Shown piece by piece: positions 44,363 through 54,350 of a stretch of DNA of 64,000 bases. How positions within the stretch are numbered: the first letter of the stretch is position 1; the number at the start of each line of letters is the position of its first letter. Below the pieces are notes generated by a model. It was not told the origin of the DNA, ran no database searches, and saw only the letters and a list, made by a program, of their open reading frames with translations. The DNA is from Halioglobus sp. Its GTDB lineage: Bacteria > Pseudomonadota > Gammaproteobacteria > Pseudomonadales > Halieaceae. A program made the position numbers and the translations under genes. The stretch lies in contig JBDNIE010000365.1 of NCBI GenBank assembly GCA_041688425.1, positions 746 to 64,745 on the forward strand, written 5' to 3'.

Positions 44363-46195
44363 ATGAACTGGAGAAAAATGCTTGCACTGTCGGCTTTCAG
44401 CCTGCTACTGGTTTTAGTCGGCTGTAACGAGGGTGACGATGGTAACACTGGCCCGGCCGGCATGGTGGGTCCCGCGGGCCCAGCAGGCCCAGCAGGCCCA
44501 ACCGGCATGGAGGGTACCGATGCAACACCGAGTACGATCGCACTATCTTTATTAGGCCGCTATGAAACAGGCATATTCGGTGAGTCTGCCGCCGAGATAG
44601 TGGATTACGATCCTGCGACCAAAATGACTTTTGTTGTCAATTCCAATTCCGGACAGATTGACGTTATTGATACCTCTTCGCCTTCAATGCCCACATTAAA
44701 CATGTCGCTGAATGTGGCTGCTGATGTAGGCAGGGCATTTAGCATGGATGCCAGCGAACTGGGTGCAGCCAATAGTGTTGCCGTTAGCAATAGCACGCTG
44801 GCAGTCGCCATCGAAGCCGATAACAAACAAGCCAATGGTTATATTGCGTTCTACCAAACCGATGGCACCTTTCTAAGTGCAGTGGAAGCCGGCGCTTTAC
44901 CCGATATGGTGACGTTCACACCCGATGGCAACAAGCTGGTGGTTGCTAACGAAGGCGAACCCAATGGCGATTATTCGGTGGACCCTGAGGGCAGTATCAC
45001 AGTAATTGATGTGTCTGCCGGTGCGAGCAGCGTCACCGCCCTCAATGTAAAGCAACTGGACTTTACTGCCTTCAATAGCGGCGGTTTAACCGGGCCCGTG
45101 CGCATCTCCGGCAAGTCAGCAACGGTCGCCGCAGATCTGGAGCCGGAATACGTTGCTGTCGCGGCTGACAGCATGACCGCTTACGTGACATTGCAGGAAA
45201 ATAACGCTATCGCGGTGGTGGATTTGACCACCGACAGCATCGAAGCGGTGATAGGTCTGGGCTACAAAAACCACTCTATACCCGGCAATGAAATGGACCC
45301 CAGCAACCGTGACAATGGCGTGAACATTCGAAGCGTGCCGGTATTTGGCGCCTATATGCCGGACAGCGCCGACACCTTTGAGTTCGACGGCGTGACCTAC
45401 ATAGTGACGGCCAACGAAGGGGATGCCCGTGAATACCTCACCGATGCCAGTGACGCCACCGATTGCACGGCACAGGGCGGTTTTGATTTTGATGACGGCG
45501 ACTGCTTTCATTATGTGGATGAAATTCGTATTAAGGATATTACCGATGATGGTGCCGGTTTTGACGCTGATCTGGTTGCGCTGGCAGGCGCAGACTTTGA
45601 AGATGACGACAAGCTGGGCCGCCTGAAGGTCATTGCGAACCTGGGTACCCGTGGCGCCTGCGCTTCATTGGCCACGACCGGGCAGCCCGGCGCCGACTGC
45701 ACCTATGAAGCTTTGTATACCTGGGGTGCGCGTTCATTTACGGTCTGGAATTCCCAGACAGGTCAGCCGGTGTTTGACTCCGGCAGCGACTTCGAAGTGA
45801 TTACTGCCAACCGTTTGGGTGAAAGCTTTAATGCCAGCAATGATGATAACAAAGGTGACGATCGTTCCGACGACAAGGGCCCCGAACCGGAGGCGATTGA
45901 AATTGCTGTGATCGAAGGACGCACCTATGCCTTCATCGGCCTTGAGCGCGTGGGCGGCATTATGGTGTACAACATCACCACACCCGAAGCATCCGAATTT
46001 GTTCAGTACATCAATGCCCGTGATTTTACGGTGGCCGACGTTGAGGAAGACCTGGCTTTAGTGGGCGATCTTGGGCCGGAGTCCATCAAGTTCGTGGCGG
46101 CAGAGGATAGCCCGACGGGTAATCCTATGTTGATTTTGGGCAATGAAGTGAGCGGCACTACCAGCTTCTTTAACGTTAGCGTGATTGCGCAGTAA
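44363..46195 (+). CDS. choice-of-anchor-I-like beta-propeller lipoprotein with short collagen-like (G-X-Y)8 linker
   Basis: Lipobox LLVLVGC. GNTGPAGMVGPAGPAGPAGPTGMEG. Then AAEIVDYDP, LPDMVTFTPDGNKLVVANEGEP, GPEPEAIEI and GPESIKFV, as recalled for choice-of-anchor I domains. Confidence 0.65.
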   Translation: MNWRKMLALSAFSLLLVLVGCNEGDDGNTGPAGMVGPAGPAGPAGPTGMEGTDATPSTIALSLLGRYETGIFGESAAEIVDYDPATKMTFVVNSNSGQIDVIDTSSPSMPTLNMSLNVAADVGRAFSMDASELGAANSVAVSNSTLAVAIEADNKQANGYIAFYQTDGTFLSAVEAGALPDMVTFTPDGNKLVVANEGEPNGDYSVDPEGSITVIDVSAGASSVTALNVKQLDFTAFNSGGLTGPVRISGKSATVAADLEPEYVAVAADSMTAYVTLQENNAIAVVDLTTDSIEAVIGLGYKNHSIPGNEMDPSNRDNGVNIRSVPVFGAYMPDSADTFEFDGVTYIVTANEGDAREYLTDASDATDCTAQGGFDFDDGDCFHYVDEIRIKDITDDGAGFDADLVALAGADFEDDDKLGRLKVIANLGTRGACASLATTGQPGADCTYEALYTWGARSFTVWNSQTGQPVFDSGSDFEVITANRLGESFNASNDDNKGDDRSDDKGPEPEAIEIAVIEGRTYAFIGLERVGGIMVYNITTPEASEFVQYINARDFTVADVEEDLALVGDLGPESIKFVAAEDSPTGNPMLILGNEVSGTTSFFNVSVIAQ

Positions 46196-46480
46196 TCTGC
46201 AGTCAGACTCTGGAAATAGTGTCAGCATGCCGCGTCAATCGAGATCATCTCGTCAGCATTTTGAGCGCGCGGTTTTATGCCCTGCCCGACACCCACCGCC
46301 AGGTACGCGACCCACTTTGCAGTTGTGGTGCTCGGCTCGTCACTATTGGCAAGCAGCGGTTATTCCGAAACTGCAATTTCAAAAGACGCCCAGTCTATCC
46401 CCACCGGGGTGACGCTGCTCACTGGCGCCGAGCCGATTATGGGCAAAGGCCTCGCGCAGGTTGCTCGGCAGCAACAGCAG

Positions 46481-47035
46481 TTATGGCGCATTCCTGAGAC
46501 GCGCACGGTAAAACAAAACGGCAACAGCGACCAGACCCACCAAGAGTACAATCCAGAGAAACTGTGCAAGATACGCCGCAACCACTAGCGCACCAGACAA
46601 TACGCCGCCGAGCAGACACAGCTGCCAGCCGAGGCGCAGGCCAGCCAGAAATGTGGCTAGGGCCAATAGCAAGAGGATTACCAGACCGGTGCTCTGGCTG
46701 TCCAGACGACCCGCCTGGTAAAGGAAGAACACGAGATTCACCGCCGCGAGCACGCCGAGCCAGAACAATACTTCGTTCTTCATCATGATCGCCGTGTTGA
46801 GATTTTCTCGCTGGGCGCGAAACCTCACGATAAAGGCGCAGGCGACCGCAGTAATGACGACCATACCCAGCCAGTACCACTGGCTAAATCCCACGGCAAA
46901 TTGCGTCACGCCGATACCGATCACGTCCAGTAGCAGCAGTCCGATCATAATAGTACCCAGATGGCGCATGTTGGCATGCCCACCGGTGTGCAAACCTGTA
47001 TCGGCGGCGCTAGCCTGATCATCTTGCTGGTTCAT
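46481..47035 (-). CDS. hypothetical polytopic membrane protein
   Basis: Five or six hydrophobic segments. ATG 47035 preceded by GGGAGGAAG. No family recognised. Confidence 0.6.
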   Translation of the reverse strand: MNQQDDQASAADTGLHTGGHANMRHLGTIMIGLLLLDVIGIGVTQFAVGFSQWYWLGMVVITAVACAFIVRFRAQRENLNTAIMMKNEVLFWLGVLAAVNLVFFLYQAGRLDSQSTGLVILLLLALATFLAGLRLGWQLCLLGGVLSGALVVAAYLAQFLWIVLLVGLVAVAVLFYRARLRNAP

Positions 47036-47172
47036 ACTGCTTCCTCCCATTCATTGAAGCCTTGGTATAAACCCTACCGTACTATTTTGCGGTTCGCCAT
47101 GCCTACCCCAAACAACTGAATTGCCAGCAGCCATGTCGGCAAACCGCGGGGAGTGTCACTCTTTGAATTAAT

Positions 47173-47249
<77 letters not shown>

Positions 47250-47296
47250 ACGAAGGACGGCATTATAGGTGTGAGCGCGCGTTTGCTCAACTATCT

Positions 47297-47336
47297 TTGT
47301 TCACTGCGCATTGTTCACTGCGATCTGTCCACTGCC
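47297..47336 (+). repeat. three direct repeats with 14-bp periodicity (TTGTTCACTGCG, TTGTTCACTGCG, CTGTCCACTGCC)
   Basis: Read directly at 47297-308, 47311-322 and 47325-336, between the tRNA-Val 5' side and the LLM oxidoreductase gene. Confidence 0.7.
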
Positions 47337-47553
47337 GGTGATCGTTTTTGCCACTCCCCGGTGCACACCAGGACACTTGATCCCCCGTGTAGGTCGCGTA
47401 AAGTGCACTACGACTTTTACAACAGCCAGATTACTGTCAGCGCACGGCACATGAGTGCCTTCCGCAGGGCCGGCGCACAGGGCACAGCTTGAGCGTGATG
47501 AACAACCTGATCGACACTTTCTTATCATCCGCCACTATCGAGGGGCTGCGCCC

Positions 47554-48564
47554 GTGAAAGTCAGTGGTATGTTAGGTGCCGACCTCAATATGGCGCCACT
47601 GGCCATCGCCGAGCTGGAGCGACGCGGCTACGATGGCGCCTTTACAGCGGAGATTAACAACGATCCCTTTTTCCCACTGGTGCTGGCAGCGGAGCACAGC
47701 AAGAGTATAGCGCTTACTACCTCCATCAGCGTGGCATTCGCGCGCAACCCGATGACGCTGGCCAATCTCGCCTGGGACCTCAACCAATACGCCAAAGGGC
47801 GCTTTACTGTGGGCCTGGGCTCGCAGATCAAGCCCCATATCACCCGTCGCTTCTCGATGCCGTGGTCAAAGCCCGCGGCCCGCATGCGCGAATTCATTAA
47901 GGCCATGCAGGCGATCTGGGCCTGCTGGGAGACTGGTGAGAAGCTGGATTTTAACGGGGAGTTCTATCAGCACAACCTGATGACGCCGATGTTCACACCC
48001 ACTAACGCCGGCTACGGCGCACCCGGCGTCAATCTTGCGGCGGTCGGCCCATTGATGACCGAAGTCGCGGCGGAAGTGGCCAATGGCATGATCGCCCACG
48101 GCTTTACCACCGCACAATACCTGCGGGACGTTACACTGCCCGCGGTGCAGCGAGGGCTCGCTAAATCTGGCCGCAAGCGTGAGGATTTTGACGTCAGCAT
48201 GCCTGCAATGGTCGTCACAGGTGTTACTGAAGAGGCCTTTGCGCAGTCCCGACAGGCAATACAACACCAGCTGGCGTTTTACGCCTCCACCCCGGCTTAC
48301 CGCCCGGTGCTGGAGCTGCACGGCTGGGGCGAGTTGCAAACCACCGCCAACCAGCTGACGCGGGAGGGCCGCTGGCAGGATCTGGGCGCGCTGATAAACG
48401 ATGAGATTCTGCACACATTTGCGATTGTCAGTGAAGACATCAAGCAGGTGCCGGCGTTGCTCAAAGAGCGTTATGGCGGACTGGCAGACACCTGGATGTG
48501 CACAGTCGAGACCGGGAATACCGACTTGCAACGACAATTGGTCGCCGCTGTACAACAAAACTGA
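47554..48564 (+). CDS. LLM-class (luciferase-like) flavin/F420-type oxidoreductase
   Basis: VKVSGML..AIAELERRGYDGAFTAEINNDPF and overall TIM-barrel LLM pattern. GTG 47554 chosen over the longer ORF-track start. Confidence 0.8.
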   Translation: MKVSGMLGADLNMAPLAIAELERRGYDGAFTAEINNDPFFPLVLAAEHSKSIALTTSISVAFARNPMTLANLAWDLNQYAKGRFTVGLGSQIKPHITRRFSMPWSKPAARMREFIKAMQAIWACWETGEKLDFNGEFYQHNLMTPMFTPTNAGYGAPGVNLAAVGPLMTEVAAEVANGMIAHGFTTAQYLRDVTLPAVQRGLAKSGRKREDFDVSMPAMVVTGVTEEAFAQSRQAIQHQLAFYASTPAYRPVLELHGWGELQTTANQLTREGRWQDLGALINDEILHTFAIVSEDIKQVPALLKERYGGLADTWMCTVETGNTDLQRQLVAAVQQN

Positions 48565-48643
48565 TGACATTCAGCGGCAGCAAACGATTACAGGCACAGC
48601 CACGACAGTGGCTTTGCGGAACAAATGGCAGAGGATTCGCTAT

Positions 48644-49825
48644 ATGAATATAGAGTTAACCACGCAACAGAGGGCTCTCCAGATGGAGGTCCGCGAGTAC
48701 ATGAAAACGGTAATGACGCCGGAGTTGCTCGAAGAAATGAAGATCCCCGAGTTCAAGGAGGGGGGCGGCCCGGAGTTCCGCAGGCAGTACGCGCGCATGG
48801 GCGCGGATGGCTGGATCGGCCTCAGCTGGTCTAAAGAACTGGGCGGCAAGGAGCTGTCAGCCGTGGAGCAGTACATTTTTACCGATGAAGTGGTGCGCTC
48901 AGGGTTTGCCTATCCGTTCCTTACCACCGAGTCAGTGACCCCAGTGATTGCCGCCAACGCCAATGCCGAGGTCCGTGCAGAAGTGGTCGGCGGCGTGAAG
49001 CAGGGCAAAGTCACTATCGCCGTCGGCTATTCTGAGCCGAACGCCGGCACTGACCTTGCCAGCCTCACCACGCGCGCCGAACGCGATGGCGACGACTGGA
49101 TCATCAATGGCCAAAAAATGTGGACCAGTCTCGCCAACTTCGCCGATTACGTGTGGCTGGCTGCGCGCACTGATCCGGACGCAAGCAAAAAGCACAAGGG
49201 GCTCACCATGTTCCTGGTGCCCACCAATATCGAGGGCTTCTCGCTCACCCCCGTGCACACGCTGGGCGTGCGCACTAACGCCACCTACTACAGCGATATC
49301 CGTCTGCCGGACAAGTACCGCGTCGGCGAGGTGAATGCGGGATGGAAGCTGATCACCGGCCAGCTGAACGTCGAACGCTTGTCATTGTTTACCCATGGGC
49401 AAGTGGATGCTCTGTATCAAGGCGTCTGCGAGTGGGCGGCCGCAACTGACGCGCCTCGGGGCGGCAAGATCATCGAACTGCCCTGGGTGCAGCACAATCT
49501 GGCCAAAGTCAAAACCGGATTGGAAGTGGTCAAGCTGATCTGCTGGAAGCAGGTCTGGGCCATGGACCAGGGCCCGCTCGACATGGCCGACGCATCTGTG
49601 GCAAAGGTCTACAGCAGCGAATTCTTCGTAGAGCTTTACCGTATGTTGCTGGAAGTCATGGGGCAGGCTGGCACGATTGCCATGCACTCACCGGGAGCGG
49701 TGCTCAAGGGCAAACTGGAGTTTCGCTGGCGGGTGGGTGCGGTACTCACCTTTGGTGGCGGCACCAACGAAGTACAACGCGATATTATCGCCATGGCGGG
49801 GCTGTGGATGCCCCGTACACGCTAG
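48644..49825 (+). CDS. acyl-CoA dehydrogenase family protein (subunit 1 of a probable pair)
   Basis: 393 aa; YSEPNAGTDLAS, WIINGQKMWTS, and C-terminal FGGGTNEVQRDIIA (canonical YEG replaced by GGG). Confidence 0.9.
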   Translation: MNIELTTQQRALQMEVREYMKTVMTPELLEEMKIPEFKEGGGPEFRRQYARMGADGWIGLSWSKELGGKELSAVEQYIFTDEVVRSGFAYPFLTTESVTPVIAANANAEVRAEVVGGVKQGKVTIAVGYSEPNAGTDLASLTTRAERDGDDWIINGQKMWTSLANFADYVWLAARTDPDASKKHKGLTMFLVPTNIEGFSLTPVHTLGVRTNATYYSDIRLPDKYRVGEVNAGWKLITGQLNVERLSLFTHGQVDALYQGVCEWAAATDAPRGGKIIELPWVQHNLAKVKTGLEVVKLICWKQVWAMDQGPLDMADASVAKVYSSEFFVELYRMLLEVMGQAGTIAMHSPGAVLKGKLEFRWRVGAVLTFGGGTNEVQRDIIAMAGLWMPRTR

Positions 49826-49837
49826 GAGAATAGGCCT

Positions 49838-50971
49838 GTGGATTTCACTATTTCTGAAGAACTTAAAAGCGCTCAACAGCTGTCCCAGCAAATTCTCGGC
49901 GATTTTACTGAGGTCGACAAACTCAAGGCCACTGAGAAGCAGGATGAACGCTTCGACTCTGCCCTGTGGCAGGCACTGGCTGCAGCCGGGCTGCTGGGCC
50001 TGGATATTCCGGAGACTAACGGCGGCACAGGCCTGGGCTTTTACGCGCTGACCCTGTTGTGCGAGGACGTTGGCCGCACAGTGGCGCCGATTCCGGTAAT
50101 TCCGGTGCTGGTGTCAGCCGCAGGCACCCTGCGGCGCTTCGCCAGCACTGCACAGAAAGAGCAGTGGCTCAATGGCATCGCCAGCGGCGCGACGCTGGTC
50201 ACCGCCGCCCTGGAAGAGTATGCCAATGACGACCCGGCCAACCCCGCCTGTACTGCACAAAAAATGGAGGGCGGTTACTCCTTCAGCGGCACCAAAATTT
50301 GCATCAGTCAGGCGCATTCGTCCGCGCGTATTCTGTTGTCGGCCAGAGCGGGCGACGAACTGGTCGTGGCGCTCATCGACCCGCAGGCCGCAGGCGTCAC
50401 CCTGAATGCCCAGATTGTGGCCACCGGAGAAACCCGTCATGAATTGGTGATGCATAAAGTACAGGTGCCAACCGCCGACATCATCGTCACCGGCCGCGAA
50501 GCACTAGCTGCAATGGATTGGGCGCTGCAAGCCACGCGCACTGCACTGGCCGCGATGGCCGTGGGAGTGTGCGACAAGATGATGCGTATCACCGGCCAGT
50601 ACACGGCCGAACGGGAGCAGTTTGGCCGTGCGATTGCCACCTTCCAGGCGGTGAGCCACCGGGTAGCGGATTGCTTCATCGACGTCGAGTGCCTGCGTCT
50701 GACGACACAACAGGCGGCATCTCTGATCGATCAGGGCCGCCCTGCTGAAGAAGCAGTACTGATGGCAAAAATCTGGTGCGGTAACGTGACACACCGCGTG
50801 AGCCAGGCCTCTCAGCACTGCCATGGTGGCACCGGTGTGGATCGCGATTACCCCTTGTATCGCTACTGCGAGTTGGCACGCCAGATCGAGCTTACCGCTG
50901 GCGGCAGTGCGCAGCTTTTGGGTGAATTGGGGCAGGGTATTTGCGCACAGTACCTCGCCAAGACGGGGTAG
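49838..50971 (+). CDS. acyl-CoA dehydrogenase family protein (subunit 2 of a probable pair)
   Basis: 377 aa; ACAD fold (FQAVSHRVADCFIDVE, HCHGGTGVDRDYPLYRY). C-terminal box degenerated to LTAGGSAQLLGEL. GTG start 12 nt after the upstream stop. Confidence 0.85.
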   Translation: MDFTISEELKSAQQLSQQILGDFTEVDKLKATEKQDERFDSALWQALAAAGLLGLDIPETNGGTGLGFYALTLLCEDVGRTVAPIPVIPVLVSAAGTLRRFASTAQKEQWLNGIASGATLVTAALEEYANDDPANPACTAQKMEGGYSFSGTKICISQAHSSARILLSARAGDELVVALIDPQAAGVTLNAQIVATGETRHELVMHKVQVPTADIIVTGREALAAMDWALQATRTALAAMAVGVCDKMMRITGQYTAEREQFGRAIATFQAVSHRVADCFIDVECLRLTTQQAASLIDQGRPAEEAVLMAKIWCGNVTHRVSQASQHCHGGTGVDRDYPLYRYCELARQIELTAGGSAQLLGELGQGICAQYLAKTG

Positions 50972-50989
50972 TCTTCCCAGGGGTTTATC

Positions 50990-51952
50990 GTGATCAAATG
51001 CAGGGTTTGTGGATCAACTGTGGATACGCCGGTCTATACCGTCAGGGAAATGTACTTTGGCACCCGGGATACGTTTGATTATCAACAGTGCGCTGATTGT
51101 GCTTGCCTGCAAATCGTCGAGGTTCCCGATAACCTCGGCCAGTACTATCCGCAGGACTATTACTCAAAGCTTATAAAGAAAGAGCACAAGCCAGACAGGG
51201 CCCTTTCTGCGCTGCGCGAGCGCAAGTTAAATGCCAGCCTGAACAATCGATGGCTGGTCTCTGCATCGCTCTTTTTTCTGCGCAAACCCCGCCTGCCCCA
51301 GTGGATGAGCTATATCGATATTCACAGCCAAAGCCGGATATTGGATGTCGGCTGTGGCGCAGGAAAGCTGCTGCTGAAGTTGGCAAAAAAAGGGTTCAGA
51401 CATCTGGAGGGGGTAGACCCTTTCATCAGCGCCGCCATTACTTACTCCAATGGCGTTCAAATCTACAAGAATGAGATCTGGGATATCGCCCGTGACGACG
51501 ACAAGTCCCATACCTTTGATCTGGTTATGATGCATCACAGTCTCGAACACATACCTGATCAGCATCGAACATTTTCGGCGGCGCATGATTTGCTCAATGA
51601 AAATGGCGTCCTGTTGATCAGGGTCCCATTGTCATGTTCCTGGGCATGGGAGCATTATCGGGAGAACTGGGTACAGCTTGATGCCCCCCGTCATCTTTAT
51701 CTTCACAGCATTACAAGTATGCAAGTGCTGGCTCTCAAACATGGATTCACACTGCAGGACGTGCATTTTGATTCCACGCAATTCCAGTTTACCGGCAGCG
51801 AACGCTATCTCCGCAACATACCGCTCGCCGAGAAAGAAGAAGACGAGGTTTTTGGCTCGCAGGAGCTTCGGGAATACCGTTTGAAAGCGGATCAACTCAA
51901 CAAGGATGGCACGGGTGATCAGGCCTGCTTTATTTTTAAATTAGCCTGTTGA
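50990..51952 (+). CDS. class I SAM-dependent methyltransferase with N-terminal zinc-ribbon
   Basis: CRVCGS..CADCACLQ (4 Cys) and SAM motif I ILDVGCGAGKLL. Confidence 0.8.
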   Translation: MIKCRVCGSTVDTPVYTVREMYFGTRDTFDYQQCADCACLQIVEVPDNLGQYYPQDYYSKLIKKEHKPDRALSALRERKLNASLNNRWLVSASLFFLRKPRLPQWMSYIDIHSQSRILDVGCGAGKLLLKLAKKGFRHLEGVDPFISAAITYSNGVQIYKNEIWDIARDDDKSHTFDLVMMHHSLEHIPDQHRTFSAAHDLLNENGVLLIRVPLSCSWAWEHYRENWVQLDAPRHLYLHSITSMQVLALKHGFTLQDVHFDSTQFQFTGSERYLRNIPLAEKEEDEVFGSQELREYRLKADQLNKDGTGDQACFIFKLAC

Positions 51953-52036
51953 AGACCGTCAGGCAGGCTGCAACATGGCACTGGCTAGACGCAGCGCCGC
52001 TCTGCCTTCAACGGCGCGCCTTATGGATAAGGGCTT

Positions 52037-52064
52037 GCTGCATGCTGCATGCTGCATGCTGCAT
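52037..52064. repeat. heptanucleotide tandem repeat (GCTGCAT)x4
   Basis: Read directly in the convergent gap between the methyltransferase (stop 51952) and the GT2 gene (stop 52105). Confidence 0.9.
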
Positions 52065-52104
52065 TCGAAAGTATCAGCTGAAGGAGTACATGAGTCTGTC
52101 CAGC

Positions 52105-53061
52105 TTAGGATGATGCGGCTAGATACAGGGCTATTCGGTATCGCCAAAGCTTGGGAGATTTTCGCACACGGCGGGCGACCGCGGGACTAACCTGCTCCAG
52201 TACAAGCAAGTACGTGTTCAGCCCATCACGGTCACCGGCTTTAATCAGGGTGCGCGCATCTTTGAAGGCGATCTTCCATAGCCGCGTGTAAAGCCAGTCA
52301 TCCAACGTCGAGGCCTCAAATACCGCTGCGGTCTTCGCGGCAAGATAAGGGCCAACAATAGCCTGCAGATTTTCTGAGCGCTCCTGCGCAGACATGTTTT
52401 TCGTGGCATTGTCCCCATGGATGCGCCATACGGATGCAATGGTATCGATGAATACGACCTTCCCCGTTAGTATGTAGCGGTGCAGTGACTCCCAGTCCGA
52501 ACTGATGATATTACTGCGGTAAAAGTCGAGGGCCATGGCCTTGTCCCTTTTGTATAGCGCCGTGCTGTGAAACACCGAGATGTCTTCCTCGGCGAGCTTC
52601 AAGAAAAGATCCCTACCTTCCATCATACGGGGCAACGTTCTGTTCTCGTGCGGGGCCGCATACTCACCCGGACGTTTGCTGTTGAGTCGGGCGGCGTTAG
52701 AAAACAGCAAATCAATACCGGGGTCAGAGGCCGCAATGTCCATTGCTGTTGACAGATAAGTGTCATCGTTCAGAAAGTCATCACCGTCGAGTATCAGCAC
52801 CCACTTCCCTGAGGCCAGATCGTAGAGGCCATGCCTGTAATTGTCGACTCGGCCAAGGTTCTGCGGATTGCGGTGTATGCGGAGGCGGATATCGCCTGAC
52901 CATTTATCAAGTACGTGCGGATCCCAATCTCTTGACGCATCGTCGCAAATGATCACTTCAAGCTGCGGATAATCCTGATTCAGGGCGCTTTCAACCGCTT
53001 GCTGGAGATAGCCCCGCTGGTTGTAGGTCGGGATCAGGATGCTGACCAGCTCAGTGCTCAT
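52105..53061 (-). CDS. glycosyltransferase family 2
   Basis: VSILIPTYNQRGYLQQAVESALNQDYP..VIICDDAS, and LDGDD (DxD). Confidence 0.85.
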   Translation of the reverse strand: MSTELVSILIPTYNQRGYLQQAVESALNQDYPQLEVIICDDASRDWDPHVLDKWSGDIRLRIHRNPQNLGRVDNYRHGLYDLASGKWVLILDGDDFLNDDTYLSTAMDIAASDPGIDLLFSNAARLNSKRPGEYAAPHENRTLPRMMEGRDLFLKLAEEDISVFHSTALYKRDKAMALDFYRSNIISSDWESLHRYILTGKVVFIDTIASVWRIHGDNATKNMSAQERSENLQAIVGPYLAAKTAAVFEASTLDDWLYTRLWKIAFKDARTLIKAGDRDGLNTYLLVLEQVSPAVARRVRKSPKLWRYRIALYLAASS

Positions 53062-53163
53062 CTACCTAACTCTAATTGCGTGCGACACTTATGCGCTCAC
53101 TGACAATAGCGGATCATCGGTGATAAGCGGCAAAGCGTGAGGTGTCAGGCGTCAACTGGCAGC

Positions 53164-54159
53164 CTACGCGTAGCCATTGTCGCGGAACCATTTCACAGAA
53201 TCCGTGATGGCAGTTTCGATGGGGGTTTGCGGCAGACCCAGTTCCTCTATCGCTTTAGACGGATCAATATATCCGTGCTGCAGCACATAGCAGGTATTCT
53301 TGTACGTGGTGATCGGCGCGCGGCCGCTCACCTTTGACCACATCTCGGCCAACTTGCCGACACGCAGCATCATCTTGCCGGACACCTCAGTTTGCGCCAC
53401 ATTGGAGACACCGGCGATTTTCCCTATCAGTGTGAGCACTTCCTTGTTGGTCATATTACCGGCCTTGTTGCCGAGGATATAGGACTCACCAATACGGCCC
53501 TTCTCCATCGCCAGCACATGGCCAGCCGCCACATCGCGCACATCTACAGCACAGACCCCGCCGTCCCAGTAGTTCTTCATTTTCCCTTGCAGCGTGCTGA
53601 GGATCATAGTGCCAGTCGGCGTTGGCGCGCGATCACCGGGGCCGAAGGGCAGGCCCGGCATGACCATTGTTACCGGCAAGCCGTCACTGACCATACCCTT
53701 CACCATCTGGTGGCTGATGAACTTGGAGAGGATGTATTCGCTGGCCCAGGGCCAACCGTTAAAGGCTGTTTTCTCCGTAGCCAAGCCGCCGTTGCCCACA
53801 ATACCAATGGCCGCCACACTGCTGGTAAACACGATTTTCTCAACGCCTGCAGCCTTCGCCGCGGCCATCATGCTGCGCGCGCCATCTACATTCACTTTGT
53901 AGTGCAGATCCGGGTCCTTGGTCCAGATCGCGAACAGCGCCGCCAAGTGATAGAGCTGCTCAACGCCCTGCACTGCCTTGGCCAAAGAGGCAGGATCGAG
54001 GAGGTTGCCCTCCACAAACTCCACATCCATGCCGGTGAGTGGCGACCTGTCCTCGCCGGGCATGACCATCACGCGCACCTCGTCCCCCTTCTCCAAGCAT
54101 AAACGGGTGACGTGGTTGCCGATAAAGCCGGTAGCTCCAGTGATGAGCACTTTGCTCAT
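53164..54159 (-). CDS. NAD-dependent epimerase/dehydratase-family SDR (dihydroflavonol-reductase-like)
   Basis: MSKVLITGATGFIGNHV Rossmann start and YILSK (YxxxK). Start at Met21 of the ORF-track product. Confidence 0.85.
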   Translation of the reverse strand: MSKVLITGATGFIGNHVTRLCLEKGDEVRVMVMPGEDRSPLTGMDVEFVEGNLLDPASLAKAVQGVEQLYHLAALFAIWTKDPDLHYKVNVDGARSMMAAAKAAGVEKIVFTSSVAAIGIVGNGGLATEKTAFNGWPWASEYILSKFISHQMVKGMVSDGLPVTMVMPGLPFGPGDRAPTPTGTMILSTLQGKMKNYWDGGVCAVDVRDVAAGHVLAMEKGRIGESYILGNKAGNMTNKEVLTLIGKIAGVSNVAQTEVSGKMMLRVGKLAEMWSKVSGRAPITTYKNTCYVLQHGYIDPSKAIEELGLPQTPIETAITDSVKWFRDNGYA

Positions 54160-54350
54160 AGTATTCTCTCCAGTCGTTGAATTTAGATGCAGGTATCTTA
54201 GCAGCACCCGGCGTGTCAAGCATGGCCGAATCGGTCATTCTCTGTATCTGTCAGACGGTGTTGAAATCACAAACTGCTTTACAAATGGCGAGGTGCGCGG
54301 GACAGTTGCGCACTGAATGCATTCCTGCACATCACGCGGAAACCTCACTT

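Noticed and set aside
44287-44508. Minus-strand ORF encoding MPVGPAGPAGPAGPT... opposite the lipoprotein gene.
   Set aside because: It is an artefact of the near-palindromic GGCCCAGC codon repeat. The plus-strand gene has a lipobox, an RBS and a long conserved domain.
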